From contig JADGIF010000552.1 in the NCBI GenBank assembly GCA_018985225.1, positions 1-6,746 on the forward strand: a stretch of DNA of 6,746 nt, in the 5' to 3' direction. This DNA is from Amoeboradix gromovi X-113 (lineage: Eukaryota; Fungi; Sanchytriomycota). The notes beneath the pieces are model-generated. The model had not been told where the DNA came from and searched no databases. It saw nothing but the letters and a program-made list of their open reading frames with translations. Made by a program: the position numbers and the translations under genes. Shown piece by piece: positions 6,571 to 6,746 of the stretch. Every line of letters starts with the position of its first letter. Position 1 is the first letter of the stretch.

Positions 6571-6746
6571 TTTCATAAGGTCTATCGCTTCAGCATTCCA
6601 TCTAGAAATGGTCTTCGATTACGCCAGTGCACCCACTGTGATGTAGTTGTGGACAGAGATGTGAATGCATGTTGTAATAATCTTCAAGTGATAGATAGTT
6701 TGCTAGCGAATGGTGAGAGACCAGGTTGGCAACAAAGGATCACTGA
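6571..6746 (+). pseudogene. 5'-truncated C-terminal fragment of a Fanzor1/TnpB-like RNA-guided nuclease (half zinc finger plus RuvC-III); runs off the window end
   Basis: The frame is open from 6571 to the window end, preceded by in-frame stops at 6562-6564 and 6568-6570, and contains no ATG: FHKVYRFSIPSRNGLRLRQCTHCDVVVDRDVNACCNNLQVIDSLLANGERPGWQQRIT. CxxC at 6628-6639, DRDVNA at 6652-6669 and G-x-R-P at 6712-6723 match the CxxC...RDxNAxxNI......GxRP tail typical of Fanzor1 proteins. Not in the ORF track. Confidence 0.8.

Noticed and set aside
6533-6646. 37-aa ATG-initiated ORF MIIDLMKYT...PTVM after the aminopeptidase
   Set aside because: Very short and out of frame with the motif-bearing Fanzor frame; the resemblance of IID to the Fanzor1 IDExxTS motif is too weak to use.
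1-6746. A single composite transposon carrying both host genes between the two relics
   Set aside because: The relics appear to be different families, share no evident nucleotide similarity or terminal repeats, and no transposase is present.
1-6746. CRISPR array, tRNA, rRNA or a non-standard genetic code
   Set aside because: No regularly spaced direct repeats, cloverleaf or rRNA motifs were seen, and both long genes end at TAA where their families are expected to end.

Overview
AT-rich, gene-dense eukaryotic DNA with no introns detected. Both long ORFs end in TAA, consistent with the standard code. It looks like a compact fungal-like or protist genome, but the organism cannot be fixed from the window. 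The core is a head-to-head pair of host genes separated by 273 bp: a 789-aa DDT/WHIM-domain ISWI accessory subunit (Itc1/ACF1/BAZ1-like, minus strand) and an 879-aa M1 zinc aminopeptidase (Ape2/PSA-like, plus strand). The unusual content is at the two edges and is missed or split by the ORF track. Left edge, minus strand: a frameshifted remnant of the C-terminus of a Fanzor2/TnpB-like RNA-guided nuclease, running into about 230 nt of dense hairpins whose G-U wobbles mostly work only on the minus strand. This is a candidate omega-RNA. Right edge, plus strand: a start-less C-terminal fragment of a different, Fanzor1-like nuclease (CxxC...DRDVNA...GERP), opening 47 nt after the aminopeptidase stop and running off the window. 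Both remnants keep only the 3' tail where the guide-RNA scaffold is normally encoded, and each is co-oriented with and downstream of a host gene. All family calls come from motif recognition by eye; no searches were run.
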